Assembly: GCA_001023575.1 (NCBI GenBank)
Contig: CP011489.1
Span: 2,319,747 to 2,351,746, forward strand
Source: Actinobacteria bacterium IMCC26256
Lineage (GTDB): Bacteria; Actinomycetota; Acidimicrobiia; IMCC26256
DNA length: 32,000 nucleotides
Direction of reading: 5' to 3'
The notes under the pieces were generated by a model. The model was not told the DNA's origin. It searched no databases and saw nothing but the letters and a program-made list of their open reading frames with translations. Positions 1-8,746 of the stretch are shown piece by piece; the stretch's first letter is position 1; the number at the start of each line of letters is the position of its first letter. The position numbers and the translations under genes were made by a program.

Positions 1-847
1 AATACTCTGTTGCCGTAGCGACGGGGATCGGGCCAACGCCAGCGATCTCACATATCTCGCCATGATCAGTACGTCCACGCTTGAGCGCATCTATGTCGAC
101 ACGAATATTCATGACCGCATTAGATCGAGTCGTTTTCGTCGTACTCACAGTCTTCGCAGCGCAGAGTGCCATTAACGCATCTGCTGCGTATGCCTCCGGT
201 CGTTCATGTGCACCGCTCTTGCGAGCCTGTTTGAAAATTGAGTCCTCGAACGGTGCGAGAGCAGCCTTAACTAGCGCACCATTCGCAACTGTCATCCTCC
301 CCTTAAGGTTGCACGCCCCATCCTCACCAACCCACCATTTTAAGGATCGACTCTTGTGAACCTGCCTGTGTCGCTCTGCCTCGTCTGTTGCGGCTGCAAC
401 GACACGAGATGTTGCATCGCGAAGATCGCTCACTGTTGCATATGTTGCGAGGTTCAAGAGTTGTGTCTCAGTATTGGGGGCAACGATCGCACCACGGGCT
501 ACCTCGACAGCCTGAGTGCCAGAGAGTTCACCAGAGCGCAGTGCTGCCTGAGTAACAGGCAAGTGCTGGAGCTGACCAGCAAGCATTACAACCGACTGAG
601 CCTCATAATGAGCACAATCAGTCTCGATGGAGAGCCACTCTGAAATGCTCTTCGCACCTTGGCCTCTCCAGCCATTGGTGCGCTCTACCTGCCCCACGGC
701 AACAGTGCGAAGTGCGTCACCACTGCGGCGTACCTCATCGGCCAACCCCACAAGCTCGCGCGCCCCGGCAGCATCGACAACATCTACGTCAATGGCGGCC
801 ATGGCGGATTGGAGTTCTGTGTGGGCGTTTCGCAGTCTATCGAACAT
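1..847 (-). CDS. DUF222 / HNH endonuclease family protein (13E12-repeat type), N-terminal ~282 codons; the 3' end runs off the left edge of the window
   Basis: Absent from the ORF track because it has no in-window stop. Manual minus-strand translation from ATG 847..845 gives MFDRLRNAHTELQSAMAAIDVDVVDAAGARELVGLADEVRRSGDALRTVAVGQVERTNGWRGQGAKSISEWLSIETDCAHYEAQSVVMLAGQLQHLPVTQAALRSGELSGTQAVEVARGA...HGEICEIAGVGPIPVATATEY, open to position 1. The upstream in-frame stop is at 889..887. The pattern matches the DUF222 N-terminal region of actinobacterial HNH endonucleases. Plus-strand ORFs 81..359, 356..643 and 627..941 are its antisense shadows. Confidence 0.7.
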   Translation of the reverse strand, partial: MFDRLRNAHTELQSAMAAIDVDVVDAAGARELVGLADEVRRSGDALRTVAVGQVERTNGWRGQGAKSISEWLSIETDCAHYEAQSVVMLAGQLQHLPVTQAALRSGELSGTQAVEVARGAIVAPNTETQLLNLATYATVSDLRDATSRVVAAATDEAERHRQVHKSRSLKWWVGEDGACNLKGRMTVANGALVKAALAPFEDSIFKQARKSGAHERPEAYAADALMALCAAKTVSTTKTTRSNAVMNIRVDIDALKRGRTDHGEICEIAGVGPIPVATATEY

Positions 848-946
848 ATGTTCGAGTATAAAACAGTGGTGTGACAGTCTTAATTTTCAGCAAATATGGA
901 GCTGCGGGGTCAGGGGGTCGTCCCAACGCACAGCCAAATAGGGCCC

Positions 947-2215
947 CTATTTCGGCGTCTCTCGCAGCATCTCTAGTAGCAACTCAACAGTCTCGATCTG
1001 TGAGGTCCCCTGAGATGCGAGCGAGACCAACTGCTCTGCTAGCCGCTGGGGTTCCACGGCCGTACCGACATTGCTTGCGATGCTCGCTGCTAGTTGGCAG
1101 AGTTCGTTCAGTACCGAGTGCTCCTCGTTGATGTCGCTTGCATAGCGCACCACCGCTGGAATGGTGTCTGCTGCTCGCGCCAACCTCCTAAGCGAGGCCG
1201 CTAGAAGTACGTTCATAGGCTCAAGGGCACCAGGGTCAATCCCCGATGCAATCGTGCGCACACGAAGTACAGAGTCGGCGAGATGATTGATTGTAGGGAA
1301 GAGAACCATGAGCGTCTCTAAGGAGGTGTCAAGCTGGATTGAAGCCTCCGCTATCGTCTCCATCCTGCCACCTCCGCTCCAGAAGTTATCCGCAGTAGCT
1401 ACGAGTTCAGTGAAGACTCGTCGCCCATCTTCATTATCCGGGGTTCTAGGATCGCTCATCGAGCCATCCTCTGAGAGGGCCATTGCGAGTTCAATCATCG
1501 CGCTCACAACCTCATCGAGGGACATGCACCCTGGGGAGATCAGCATACGATCGACAGCACCATCCGCTAGAGAGTGAAGAAGCATGACGATTGAGTCCAT
1601 GGTTAAGCCAGGTTTCGGGCGACGCCGCAACTCTGCAAATGCTTCTTGACCTATCCATCGCATGTTGTCTGCGATGGATTGATTCGAGGCACGACGGGCC
1701 TCGAGTATCTGCAGGGCAAGCTCTCGGCGCTCCTCTCGAATCGCCAATTCGCCGTGCCACTCTGCACTCGCGGTCAGCGCAGCCGCATCAAGGATTCTCC
1801 CAAGCGGTCTCGCCGGAGAGGAGAAATTGGCCTCAAGAAAATGTCGCAGTACTGCGGCTGCTGACTCTAGCGCAACCCCTTCATCATGCGTCTCAACCCC
1901 TCGGCGAGTGACCTCTTCGAGAGCGTTCCAGCCAATTTTTGGGGCTGAGAACTCAGGCGAGGCGACGCTCTCAACCACAAGGGCAAGGGTTGCCTCGGGT
2001 GATTCAAGGAGACGGTATGCAGTATCGACACTCACGGTCTCTGAGGTTCGGGCTAGCACTGAGGGGTTTACGAGTGAAGCAAGCCCATCTAGTGAGTGGG
2101 TTAATAGGCGCTCAATGGCGACCTCCACTAGTGCATGCCTACTGGCCTCAGCCTTCGCTGCGACTCGCCCAGAAGCGACAGCGGAGCCCTTGTTTTCTCT
2201 ATCTCCTGCCCTCAT
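947..2215 (-). CDS. Hypothetical protein, possibly a single-chain tandem TetR-like regulator (two HTH-like segments)
   Basis: 422-aa ORF. Segment 1 (SRHALVEVAIERLLTHSLDGLASLVNPSVLARTSETVSVDTAYRLLESPEA) and segment 2 (GRRVFTELVATADNFWSGGGRMETIAEASIQLDTSLETLMVLFPTINHLADSVL) both resemble the TetR N-terminal HTH pattern (R..il.aA..lf...G...t...iA...gvs..tlY..F.....L). The length is about twice that of a normal TetR. The family call is weak. Confidence 0.45.
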   Translation of the reverse strand: MRAGDRENKGSAVASGRVAAKAEASRHALVEVAIERLLTHSLDGLASLVNPSVLARTSETVSVDTAYRLLESPEATLALVVESVASPEFSAPKIGWNALEEVTRRGVETHDEGVALESAAAVLRHFLEANFSSPARPLGRILDAAALTASAEWHGELAIREERRELALQILEARRASNQSIADNMRWIGQEAFAELRRRPKPGLTMDSIVMLLHSLADGAVDRMLISPGCMSLDEVVSAMIELAMALSEDGSMSDPRTPDNEDGRRVFTELVATADNFWSGGGRMETIAEASIQLDTSLETLMVLFPTINHLADSVLRVRTIASGIDPGALEPMNVLLAASLRRLARAADTIPAVVRYASDINEEHSVLNELCQLAASIASNVGTAVEPQRLAEQLVSLASQGTSQIETVELLLEMLRETPK

Positions 2216-2224
2216 TTAGTCATT

Positions 2225-2275
2225 ATCGTACACAAAGTACGATTTGTCCATAGATAAAGTACTTGCATTTTGCAA
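2225..2275. promoter_or_regulatory. Inverted repeats in the AT-rich intergenic region upstream of the 947..2215 gene (candidate operator/promoter region)
   Basis: ATCGTAC-acaaa-GTACGAT at 2225..2243 (7-bp arms) and TTGCA-ttt-TGCAA at 2263..2275. They lie in the visibly AT-rich 174-bp gap 2216..2389. Confidence 0.3.
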
Positions 2276-2389
2276 ATATCTATATGACACTTACCTCGGC
2301 AACACTGCGATTAAGGATCGTTGGGGATCGTGGGGGTTCGAGCCGGGCAGACCCATCTCCCTTTAGGAATTCTCGCCACCCAATCCGCA

Positions 2390-4729
2390 CTATTGAGTAC
2401 GCAGCCCAGCCTGCAGTAAGCCAGCCTTCATTGCCGCCGCTACTGCATCCCCGGGCTCGCTCAACCGCTCCAGAGTTACGCCGTGGATCTCGGCGTTACA
2501 AGTAAACCCGTGCGGGTAGTTACCAACGGGAGAGCCGGTATCAATCCCGACATCGAATGTCTCGCCACTCATGGAGAAGACGAGCGGTACGGTGCGCTCA
2601 ATACGCGCGTGCGCCACTGCATCTCCATCGATGCTGAGCACTAGCTCGCCTCCTGCGCCGAACCCTCCGTCGTAGTCGAAGGTTGCAGCGACTTCGTGGC
2701 GCCCTGCTTCAAGGACCCGATCATTCATCAGGGTTGTGACCTCGTGCCCAAAGCAGTTATATACAAACGCGGGTCGTCCACTATCTAGATAGAGAGACCA
2801 GCCAGACATATTTCCGCCCTGGCATGCGACCACTCCCTCGGCGGGGAAATCAGCACTAACTGTTATCTCGCCTGTTATGCGCCACGATGCGTTCTTTAAA
2901 TTCAAGACCGATGACTCCGGCATACGAACATGCGCGGGCGTGTAAGTCATCGATGTGCGCTCACCTAGTAGCGAGGGCACACCGAACTCACCAGCGCGCG
3001 GCGAAGAGACATCGCGCAGCGGGTAGACACCAAATCGTCTTGCCTCTTCATCGAACTTCTCTAGTAATTCGCTAAGTTTCTCTGGGTACTTATCTGCTAG
3101 ATCTACTGCCTGCGAGAAATCGTTACGAATGTCATAGAGCTCCCAGCGCTCCTGCTCGCCATCGAACTCAAACCCCTGAAGGCGGATCCAAGGAAGCCTT
3201 CCATGGAAGCATGCAGCTACCCAGCCCTCGTGGTAAATCGCTCTGTTGCCGAGAATCTCAAAGTACTGAGTGCGGCGCTTGCTCTCGCCATCAGCATCAA
3301 AGGTGTAATCCATTGAGACGCCATGCATCTCCATCTGTGAGATCCCGTTCACGCTCTCAGGATCCATGATGCCGGCCGCTCGGTAAATCGTGGGAGCAAT
3401 ATCGACCACATGATGGAACTGGCTCCTCAATGCTCCAACATCTTTTATTCGTTTTGGCCATGAGATAGCGAGAGCGTTTCGCGTGCCACCAAAGTGCGAG
3501 GCAACCTGCTTCATCCATTGGAACGGCGAGTCCAGCGCCCAGGCCCATCCAACATTGAAGTGGTTCTCGCAGAGTGCGGTGCCAAAATCGTCCATGTGCT
3601 CAAGAAGCCACTCGGGGTCTTCATGCACGCCATTCTGGAATGACGGCGCACTCCATGCACCGTTCACTGTCCCCTCGGCAGATGCACCATTGTCGCCAGT
3701 GATGTAGATGACGAGCGTGTTGTCGGTTAGACCGAGTTCGTCAATCGCTTCAATTACTCGCCCAATCTGAGCATCGGTATGTGCAAGAAACCCTGCAAAA
3801 CACTCCATTAAGCGCGTTGCGACAGGTTTGAATCGATCTGGATAGTCATCCCATGCGGGTATCTGCTCTGGGCGCGGAGTTAGAACAGTCTCCGGTGGAA
3901 TAACGCCGAGTTGTATTTGGCGCTCATGAATATGGGTGCGCATTGCATCCCATCCGTCGTCGAACGCACCGGCGAAGCGATCGATCCACTCGCGTGGAGC
4001 ATGGTGCGGCGCGTGAACCGCTGGTGTTGGTAGGTAGCAGAAGAAAGGCCTCTCGGGGGCGGAGGCATGCTGACGCTGGATCCAGTTGATGGCTTGATCG
4101 GCTAGGTCTTCGCTTAGGTGATAATCATCGCGACCAATATGTGGATTGATCGGAGTTGTCTGGTCGTAGACAGCGGGCTCAAACTGAGATGCCTCTGCTC
4201 CGAGGATTCCATAGAAGCGATCAAAGCCCACACCAGTTGGCCAGCGATCAAACGGCCCTGCGGGGCTCTGCTCCCAGAGGGGAGCGAGGTGCCATTTTCC
4301 AAAACAACCAGTTGAGTAGCCGGAGAGTCGTAAGACCTGGGCGATTGTTGCGGCCTCGGAAGGGAGAACAGAGTCATACCCTGGGAATGAGTTTGCGATC
4401 TCAGTAATGCCGCCCATGTGCACTGAGTGGTGCTGGCGTCCGGTTAACAGCGATGCGCGCGTTGGGGAGCAGAGAGCCGTTGTATGGAACTGGTTATAGC
4501 GCAGACCCCGGTCAGAAATAGCTTGAAATACAGGGGTATCGATCGGTCCGCCGAATGTTGAGTAGGAGCCAAACCCGACATCGTCGAGCATCACGAGCAG
4601 GACATTGGGTGCACCCTCAGGAGCCTGCGCGTTCTCCAACCTGCGAGGTTGGGAGTCATTGATCAGTCTGGAGATCTCACCCTCAAACTCTGGAGTGGGG
4701 CGGGGAAGATTGTGTTGATCAGTTGCCAT
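2390..4729 (-). CDS. Type I (formylglycine-dependent, Cys-type) arylsulfatase with a C-terminal lectin-like extension (mycobacterial AtsA-like architecture)
   Basis: 779 aa. Sulfatase signature LCSPTRASLLTGR with Cys87 (codon 4471..4469). N-terminal NVLLVMLDDVGFG metal-binding motif. GKWHLA motif. ~200-aa C-terminal domain. The start ATG overlaps the upstream stop (TAATG at 4731..4727). Confidence 0.9.
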   Translation of the reverse strand: MATDQHNLPRPTPEFEGEISRLINDSQPRRLENAQAPEGAPNVLLVMLDDVGFGSYSTFGGPIDTPVFQAISDRGLRYNQFHTTALCSPTRASLLTGRQHHSVHMGGITEIANSFPGYDSVLPSEAATIAQVLRLSGYSTGCFGKWHLAPLWEQSPAGPFDRWPTGVGFDRFYGILGAEASQFEPAVYDQTTPINPHIGRDDYHLSEDLADQAINWIQRQHASAPERPFFCYLPTPAVHAPHHAPREWIDRFAGAFDDGWDAMRTHIHERQIQLGVIPPETVLTPRPEQIPAWDDYPDRFKPVATRLMECFAGFLAHTDAQIGRVIEAIDELGLTDNTLVIYITGDNGASAEGTVNGAWSAPSFQNGVHEDPEWLLEHMDDFGTALCENHFNVGWAWALDSPFQWMKQVASHFGGTRNALAISWPKRIKDVGALRSQFHHVVDIAPTIYRAAGIMDPESVNGISQMEMHGVSMDYTFDADGESKRRTQYFEILGNRAIYHEGWVAACFHGRLPWIRLQGFEFDGEQERWELYDIRNDFSQAVDLADKYPEKLSELLEKFDEEARRFGVYPLRDVSSPRAGEFGVPSLLGERTSMTYTPAHVRMPESSVLNLKNASWRITGEITVSADFPAEGVVACQGGNMSGWSLYLDSGRPAFVYNCFGHEVTTLMNDRVLEAGRHEVAATFDYDGGFGAGGELVLSIDGDAVAHARIERTVPLVFSMSGETFDVGIDTGSPVGNYPHGFTCNAEIHGVTLERLSEPGDAVAAAMKAGLLQAGLRTQ

Positions 4730-6438
4730 TACCTAAATGATGCGTGGTCTAGGCAACGAAGAGCGTTGCGCGCGCTAACTGCATCACCGATGACGCTGAA
4801 TCTTCCTTCATCAATTGCTTGATCGATTGTCCCCTGGCCAGAGATAACCCAGCCCCAGTCCTCGCGCGACCCAACATAGGTCGCGCTCGCGCCGTCTCCA
4901 GTGGTCTCGCAAGCGATCGCGTTACGGAAATGCAGGCCCGCTATCTCGCCGTCAAGGTTCCACGCAACATGGGCGTCAATGCCGTCAGTTGTGTCTGGGT
5001 CAACAAATACTTTCAGCACACCAATGGCGGTCTCGATGGGCCACTGCATAATCTGAATTGGGAAGACGCGGTGCACCTTGTATGCGCTCATGTCTAGAGC
5101 ACCCTCAAGATCAAGGGCGCGCGTTAGGCACCAGTTACGAATGTTGGCAGAGGTCGTACGCTGCCCAACTAGTCGCAACGCCGCACTCAGGAGAGAACGG
5201 TCTTTCTCATCGGAGTCGGCTGCTGCGACAAGAATCCCAGAGAGTTCAAGTGCCCATCGCAGATCATCGGCCAGAGCAGCGCCAGCCATCTCGCGGACTC
5301 GCTCCTTGCCGCCCATCGCCTCAATGAAGCGTTTTGATCTCTCTACAGGCGCGTGCGGCAGGAGTTGCTGGGGATCACCGTCGAAGAAACCAAAGAGTCC
5401 ACTTCTGATCTGGCGAGTGTGGTGCTCAACGATTCCGTATAGCTCTGAGGTTAAGTAATCCTCGTTATAGAACTCGGGGAGGACAACTAGGTGAGCCAAT
5501 TCAGTTGAGGTGGCTCCACGGTTTGTCCAGCGCACTGTTTGATCCCAGAGAAACTGAATCGCATCGCGTGAACGCGTTACACGAGTGGCGATCTCTTCTG
5601 CACCCGAGATCGGAGGACCGTGAGTTGCGATGATGTGGGCAGGCTCAAGTGAACGAAGGTGATCAATGCCGCGAAGCATGACGCGCGGGTCGCGATACTC
5701 CTCCCCGCGGATGGCAAAGATGTTAAATAGCGCAGGCCATACCAAGTTGTGGACTGCTACCCCAAGGCTCGGGAACCAATACGTAACCGAGTCATCGGCA
5801 TCACTCGGCGCAGGCTCGACATGAATCTCAAGGCCAGCAAGATTTAGAACCGTTGCATTCTCAAACGTATTTGTAGGCGAGATATAACCATTTGTCCATG
5901 GAGCGTGATCCGCTAGACGAAACGCAAGACCAAGGCCGACGTTCACTACACCATCCGGTCCGGACTCCGGCATCCTGATCGCGAACTGCTCCACAAGGCC
6001 ACGAAGGTATGCAGGTGCAATTATTCCGCCTGCTCGCAGACGGTTGCCATCGATTCCAGAGTGCCCCCAGATCGGGAGTGCGTCACCTTGGGGAGTTGTT
6101 TCCTCCTCGAATACTGCTGCGGTTCCCTGCACATAATGGAAGTGCGTATAGAGCACGGCGACGATCGGCTCGCTGGCAACTCTGCGGAGTTCTTTAATAG
6201 CAGCGCGCAACTCCTCAACCGACTCGCCTGAGTCAATCGCGATGATGCCCTCTGGACCGCGCACGAAGGTTTGATTAGAGAGGCCATTGCCGACAAAGCA
6301 CCATGCGTTATCGCCGACCGCGTAGAACTTGCGCACCAGGCGCTCAGAGTGGGCAACATGTGCCTCATGTGCGATCTGACCACGTGAGTCAGTAATCGTG
6401 CGGGATGAGTCTGGAGCGATACTTGTTGGCTGAGTCAT
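4729..6438 (-). CDS. Metallo-beta-lactamase-fold alkyl/aryl-sulfatase homologue (SdsA1/BDS1 type: MBL + dimerisation + SCP2-like domains) with a degenerate metal motif
   Basis: 569 aa. MBL core around AVLYTHFHYVQG. Dimerisation-domain pattern RFIEAMGGKERVREMAGAALADDLRWALELSGILVAAADSDEKDRSLLSAALRLVGQRTTSANIRNWCLTRALDLEG. C-terminal SCP2-like segment. Confidence 0.8.
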   Translation of the reverse strand: MTQPTSIAPDSSRTITDSRGQIAHEAHVAHSERLVRKFYAVGDNAWCFVGNGLSNQTFVRGPEGIIAIDSGESVEELRAAIKELRRVASEPIVAVLYTHFHYVQGTAAVFEEETTPQGDALPIWGHSGIDGNRLRAGGIIAPAYLRGLVEQFAIRMPESGPDGVVNVGLGLAFRLADHAPWTNGYISPTNTFENATVLNLAGLEIHVEPAPSDADDSVTYWFPSLGVAVHNLVWPALFNIFAIRGEEYRDPRVMLRGIDHLRSLEPAHIIATHGPPISGAEEIATRVTRSRDAIQFLWDQTVRWTNRGATSTELAHLVVLPEFYNEDYLTSELYGIVEHHTRQIRSGLFGFFDGDPQQLLPHAPVERSKRFIEAMGGKERVREMAGAALADDLRWALELSGILVAAADSDEKDRSLLSAALRLVGQRTTSANIRNWCLTRALDLEGALDMSAYKVHRVFPIQIMQWPIETAIGVLKVFVDPDTTDGIDAHVAWNLDGEIAGLHFRNAIACETTGDGASATYVGSREDWGWVISGQGTIDQAIDEGRFSVIGDAVSARNALRCLDHASFR

Positions 6439-6474
6439 GGGGCGACTCTAGGCCAGTAGCTATTCACGGCGCAC

Positions 6475-7752
6475 CTACACGAGCGAGAGTGCTGCCTCTA
6501 TTGCTATCTCATCGGTGTTCACTAGGTCGGTGGCGCTGTGCGCGAGCGATGGGAAGAGCGTCTCGTAGCCACTCGGCGCGAACCACACCCCACGATCTAG
6601 AAGCGCGTGGAAGAACCGGGCGTATATCTCATGGTTAGCGCTCTGGGCCTCTGCGTAGTTAGTAACGGCAGAGTCAGAGAAGAACATCCCTACAAGTGTT
6701 CCGACCTGAGTAATGCGAGTGTTAATGCCTGCTGCCTCAAATGCCGACTCAAGCCCCTCGGCTAGGAGAGTTGCATTGGCCTCAAGGCGTATGTAGGCCG
6801 CGTCATCAAGGTGCGAGAGGACTGCAAGGCCCGCTGCGGTTGCGAGCGGATTCCCTGAGAGTGTTCCAGCTTGGTATACGTCGCCGATCGGTGCGAGGTG
6901 ATCCATGATCGCGGCCGGCGCGCCGACAACAGCGAGCGGAAGGCCGCCACCTACGACCTTTCCGAATACTGAGATGTCTGGAGCGATCCCAAAACGCCCC
7001 TGTGCTCCACCGCGTGCGACGCGAAAACCAGAGATGACCTCATCGAAAACCAGTAGTGCACCAACGCGGTCGCAGGCAGCACGCAGCCCTTCAAGGAAAC
7101 CAGGCGCAGGGGGCACCAGACCCATGTTGGCGGCTATTGGCTCAACGAGAATCGCAGCGAGGTCTTTGCCGTGCTCATCGAGCGCACGATCGAGTGCAAC
7201 TAGATCGTTATAAGGAACAACGATTGTGTCTACAACCGACCCTGCGGTAACGCCAGCGGACCCAGGAATGCCCAGAGTTGCAAGCCCGCTTCCGGCGGCA
7301 ACCAACATTGCATCGAAGTGACCGTGGTAGCAGCCAGCAAACTTAATGACCTTTGATCTACCTGTTACACCGCGAGCGAGGCGCACTGCGGTCATTACAG
7401 CCTCGGTACCACTAGATACCATGCGAACTTTCTCAATAGATGCGACACGCTCCACTATCGCCTCAGCTAGGAGCGCCTCACGCTCAGTTGGAGCGCCATA
7501 TGTCGTACCCGCCAGCGCGGCATCTCTAATCGCCTCGACCACATCAGGGTGAGCATGCCCAAGGATCGAAGCACCCCACGACTGGACGTAATCAATATAT
7601 GTGCGCCCGTCAGCGTCGGTGATGGTCGAGCCACTCGCCGACTTAACAAAGAAAGGAGTTCCACCCACTGAACGGAAAGACCGAACTGGAGAATTAACTC
7701 CACCAGGGATTACTGCCTGCGCACGCTCGAAGAGTTCTTCATTTCGACTCAT
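6475..7752 (-). CDS. hemL: Glutamate-1-semialdehyde 2,1-aminomutase
   Basis: 425 aa. N-terminus SRNEELFERAQAVIPGGVNSPVRSFRSVGGTPFF, and the class-III aminotransferase motif FDEVISGFRVARGGAQ with FGKVVGGGLP (PLP lysine). Confidence 0.95.
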   Translation of the reverse strand: MSRNEELFERAQAVIPGGVNSPVRSFRSVGGTPFFVKSASGSTITDADGRTYIDYVQSWGASILGHAHPDVVEAIRDAALAGTTYGAPTEREALLAEAIVERVASIEKVRMVSSGTEAVMTAVRLARGVTGRSKVIKFAGCYHGHFDAMLVAAGSGLATLGIPGSAGVTAGSVVDTIVVPYNDLVALDRALDEHGKDLAAILVEPIAANMGLVPPAPGFLEGLRAACDRVGALLVFDEVISGFRVARGGAQGRFGIAPDISVFGKVVGGGLPLAVVGAPAAIMDHLAPIGDVYQAGTLSGNPLATAAGLAVLSHLDDAAYIRLEANATLLAEGLESAFEAAGINTRITQVGTLVGMFFSDSAVTNYAEAQSANHEIYARFFHALLDRGVWFAPSGYETLFPSLAHSATDLVNTDEIAIEAALSLV

Positions 7753-8729
7753 GCGTTTAGAGCCTCAGCAACCTCGCGGGCCAAGTATGTGAGTATGAAA
7801 TCTGCACCTGCACGCTTAATCGCAAGGAGATGCTCAAGTGCGACTGCATCTCCGTCAATCCACCCACGCTCGGCTGCCGCCTTGATCATGGAGTATTCGC
7901 CGCTTACGTGATACGCGGCGACAGGAATATCGAATGAGTTTCGAAGAGCAGTTATTACATCTAGGTAAGCAACTGCAGGCTTGACCATCAACATATCGGC
8001 ACCCTCCTCTACATCGAGGGCTGCCTCCTCAAGTGCTTCGCGCGCGTTCCCTGCGTCCATCTGGTAACCGCGACGGTCGCCAAACTTGGGCGCGCACTCT
8101 GCAGCATCTCTAAAGGGCCCATAAAGCGCCGACGCGTACTTAACTGCATAGGAGAGGATCGCCGTATCAGTGTGGCCTGACGAGTCGAGGGCGGCGCGAA
8201 TTGCACCGACCTGCCCATCCATCATCCCGCTAGGTCCGATTACATCTGCACCTGCGTCGGCCTGCGAGATTGCTATTGATGCGTAGCGCTCGAGAGTTGC
8301 ATCGTTATCGACACTGCCATCTGCACGAAGCAATCCACAGTGTCCGTGGTCTGTAAATTCATCAAGGCAGTCGTCCGTCATGATCACAAGGGAGTCGCCT
8401 ACCGCGTCCCTAATTGCACGTACTGCCGTCTGCACAATCCCGTCGGCACGATCAGCCGCGCTACCGCGCTCGTCTTTCTCGAGCGGGATACCAAAGAGGA
8501 TTATCGATGGAACCCCGAGTGCAACCAAAGCCTTCGCCTCAAGAGTGACGCTCTCAATCGTGTGCTGTGCAACCCCGGGCATCGAGAGAACTGGCTCTGG
8601 CGCATCGAGCCCCTCTTTTACAAAGAAAGGAGCAACGAGATCATCTACCGACAACCGCGTCTCCGCTACTAGTCGTCGCATAGCGGGGGTTGTACGAAGT
8701 CGTCGCGGGCGACGCTCAGGGAAGGCCAT
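7749..8729 (-). CDS. hemB: Porphobilinogen synthase (delta-aminolevulinate dehydratase)
   Basis: Conserved RPRRLRTTPAMRRLV N-terminus, DDCLDEFTDHGHCGLL metal region, and active-site region MVKPA. The longest ORF extends to 8765. I prefer ATG 8729 (MAFPERRPRRLR) because it removes the 19-nt overlap with the upstream gene and matches the usual N-terminus. Confidence 0.93.
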   Translation of the reverse strand: MAFPERRPRRLRTTPAMRRLVAETRLSVDDLVAPFFVKEGLDAPEPVLSMPGVAQHTIESVTLEAKALVALGVPSIILFGIPLEKDERGSAADRADGIVQTAVRAIRDAVGDSLVIMTDDCLDEFTDHGHCGLLRADGSVDNDATLERYASIAISQADAGADVIGPSGMMDGQVGAIRAALDSSGHTDTAILSYAVKYASALYGPFRDAAECAPKFGDRRGYQMDAGNAREALEEAALDVEEGADMLMVKPAVAYLDVITALRNSFDIPVAAYHVSGEYSMIKAAAERGWIDGDAVALEHLLAIKRAGADFILTYLAREVAEALNA

Positions 8730-8746
8730 AACCCGTAACGTTACCG

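Noticed and set aside
356-643. Cys-rich 95-aa plus-strand ORF (MNLPVSLCLVCCGCNDTRCCIAKIAHCCICC...) that might be taken for a Cys-rich peptide precursor
   Set aside because: It lies exactly antisense to the well-supported DUF222/HNH reading frame (GCA/GCC/ACA codons read backwards give TGC/TGT). It has no SD and no family resemblance.
8340-8395. hemB metal-site sequence DDCLDEFTDHGHCG as an unusual hybrid of Zn-type and Mg-type porphobilinogen synthases
   Set aside because: From memory this C-x-D...C arrangement is the normal actinobacterial form (M. tuberculosis HemB is similar), so it is not a novelty.
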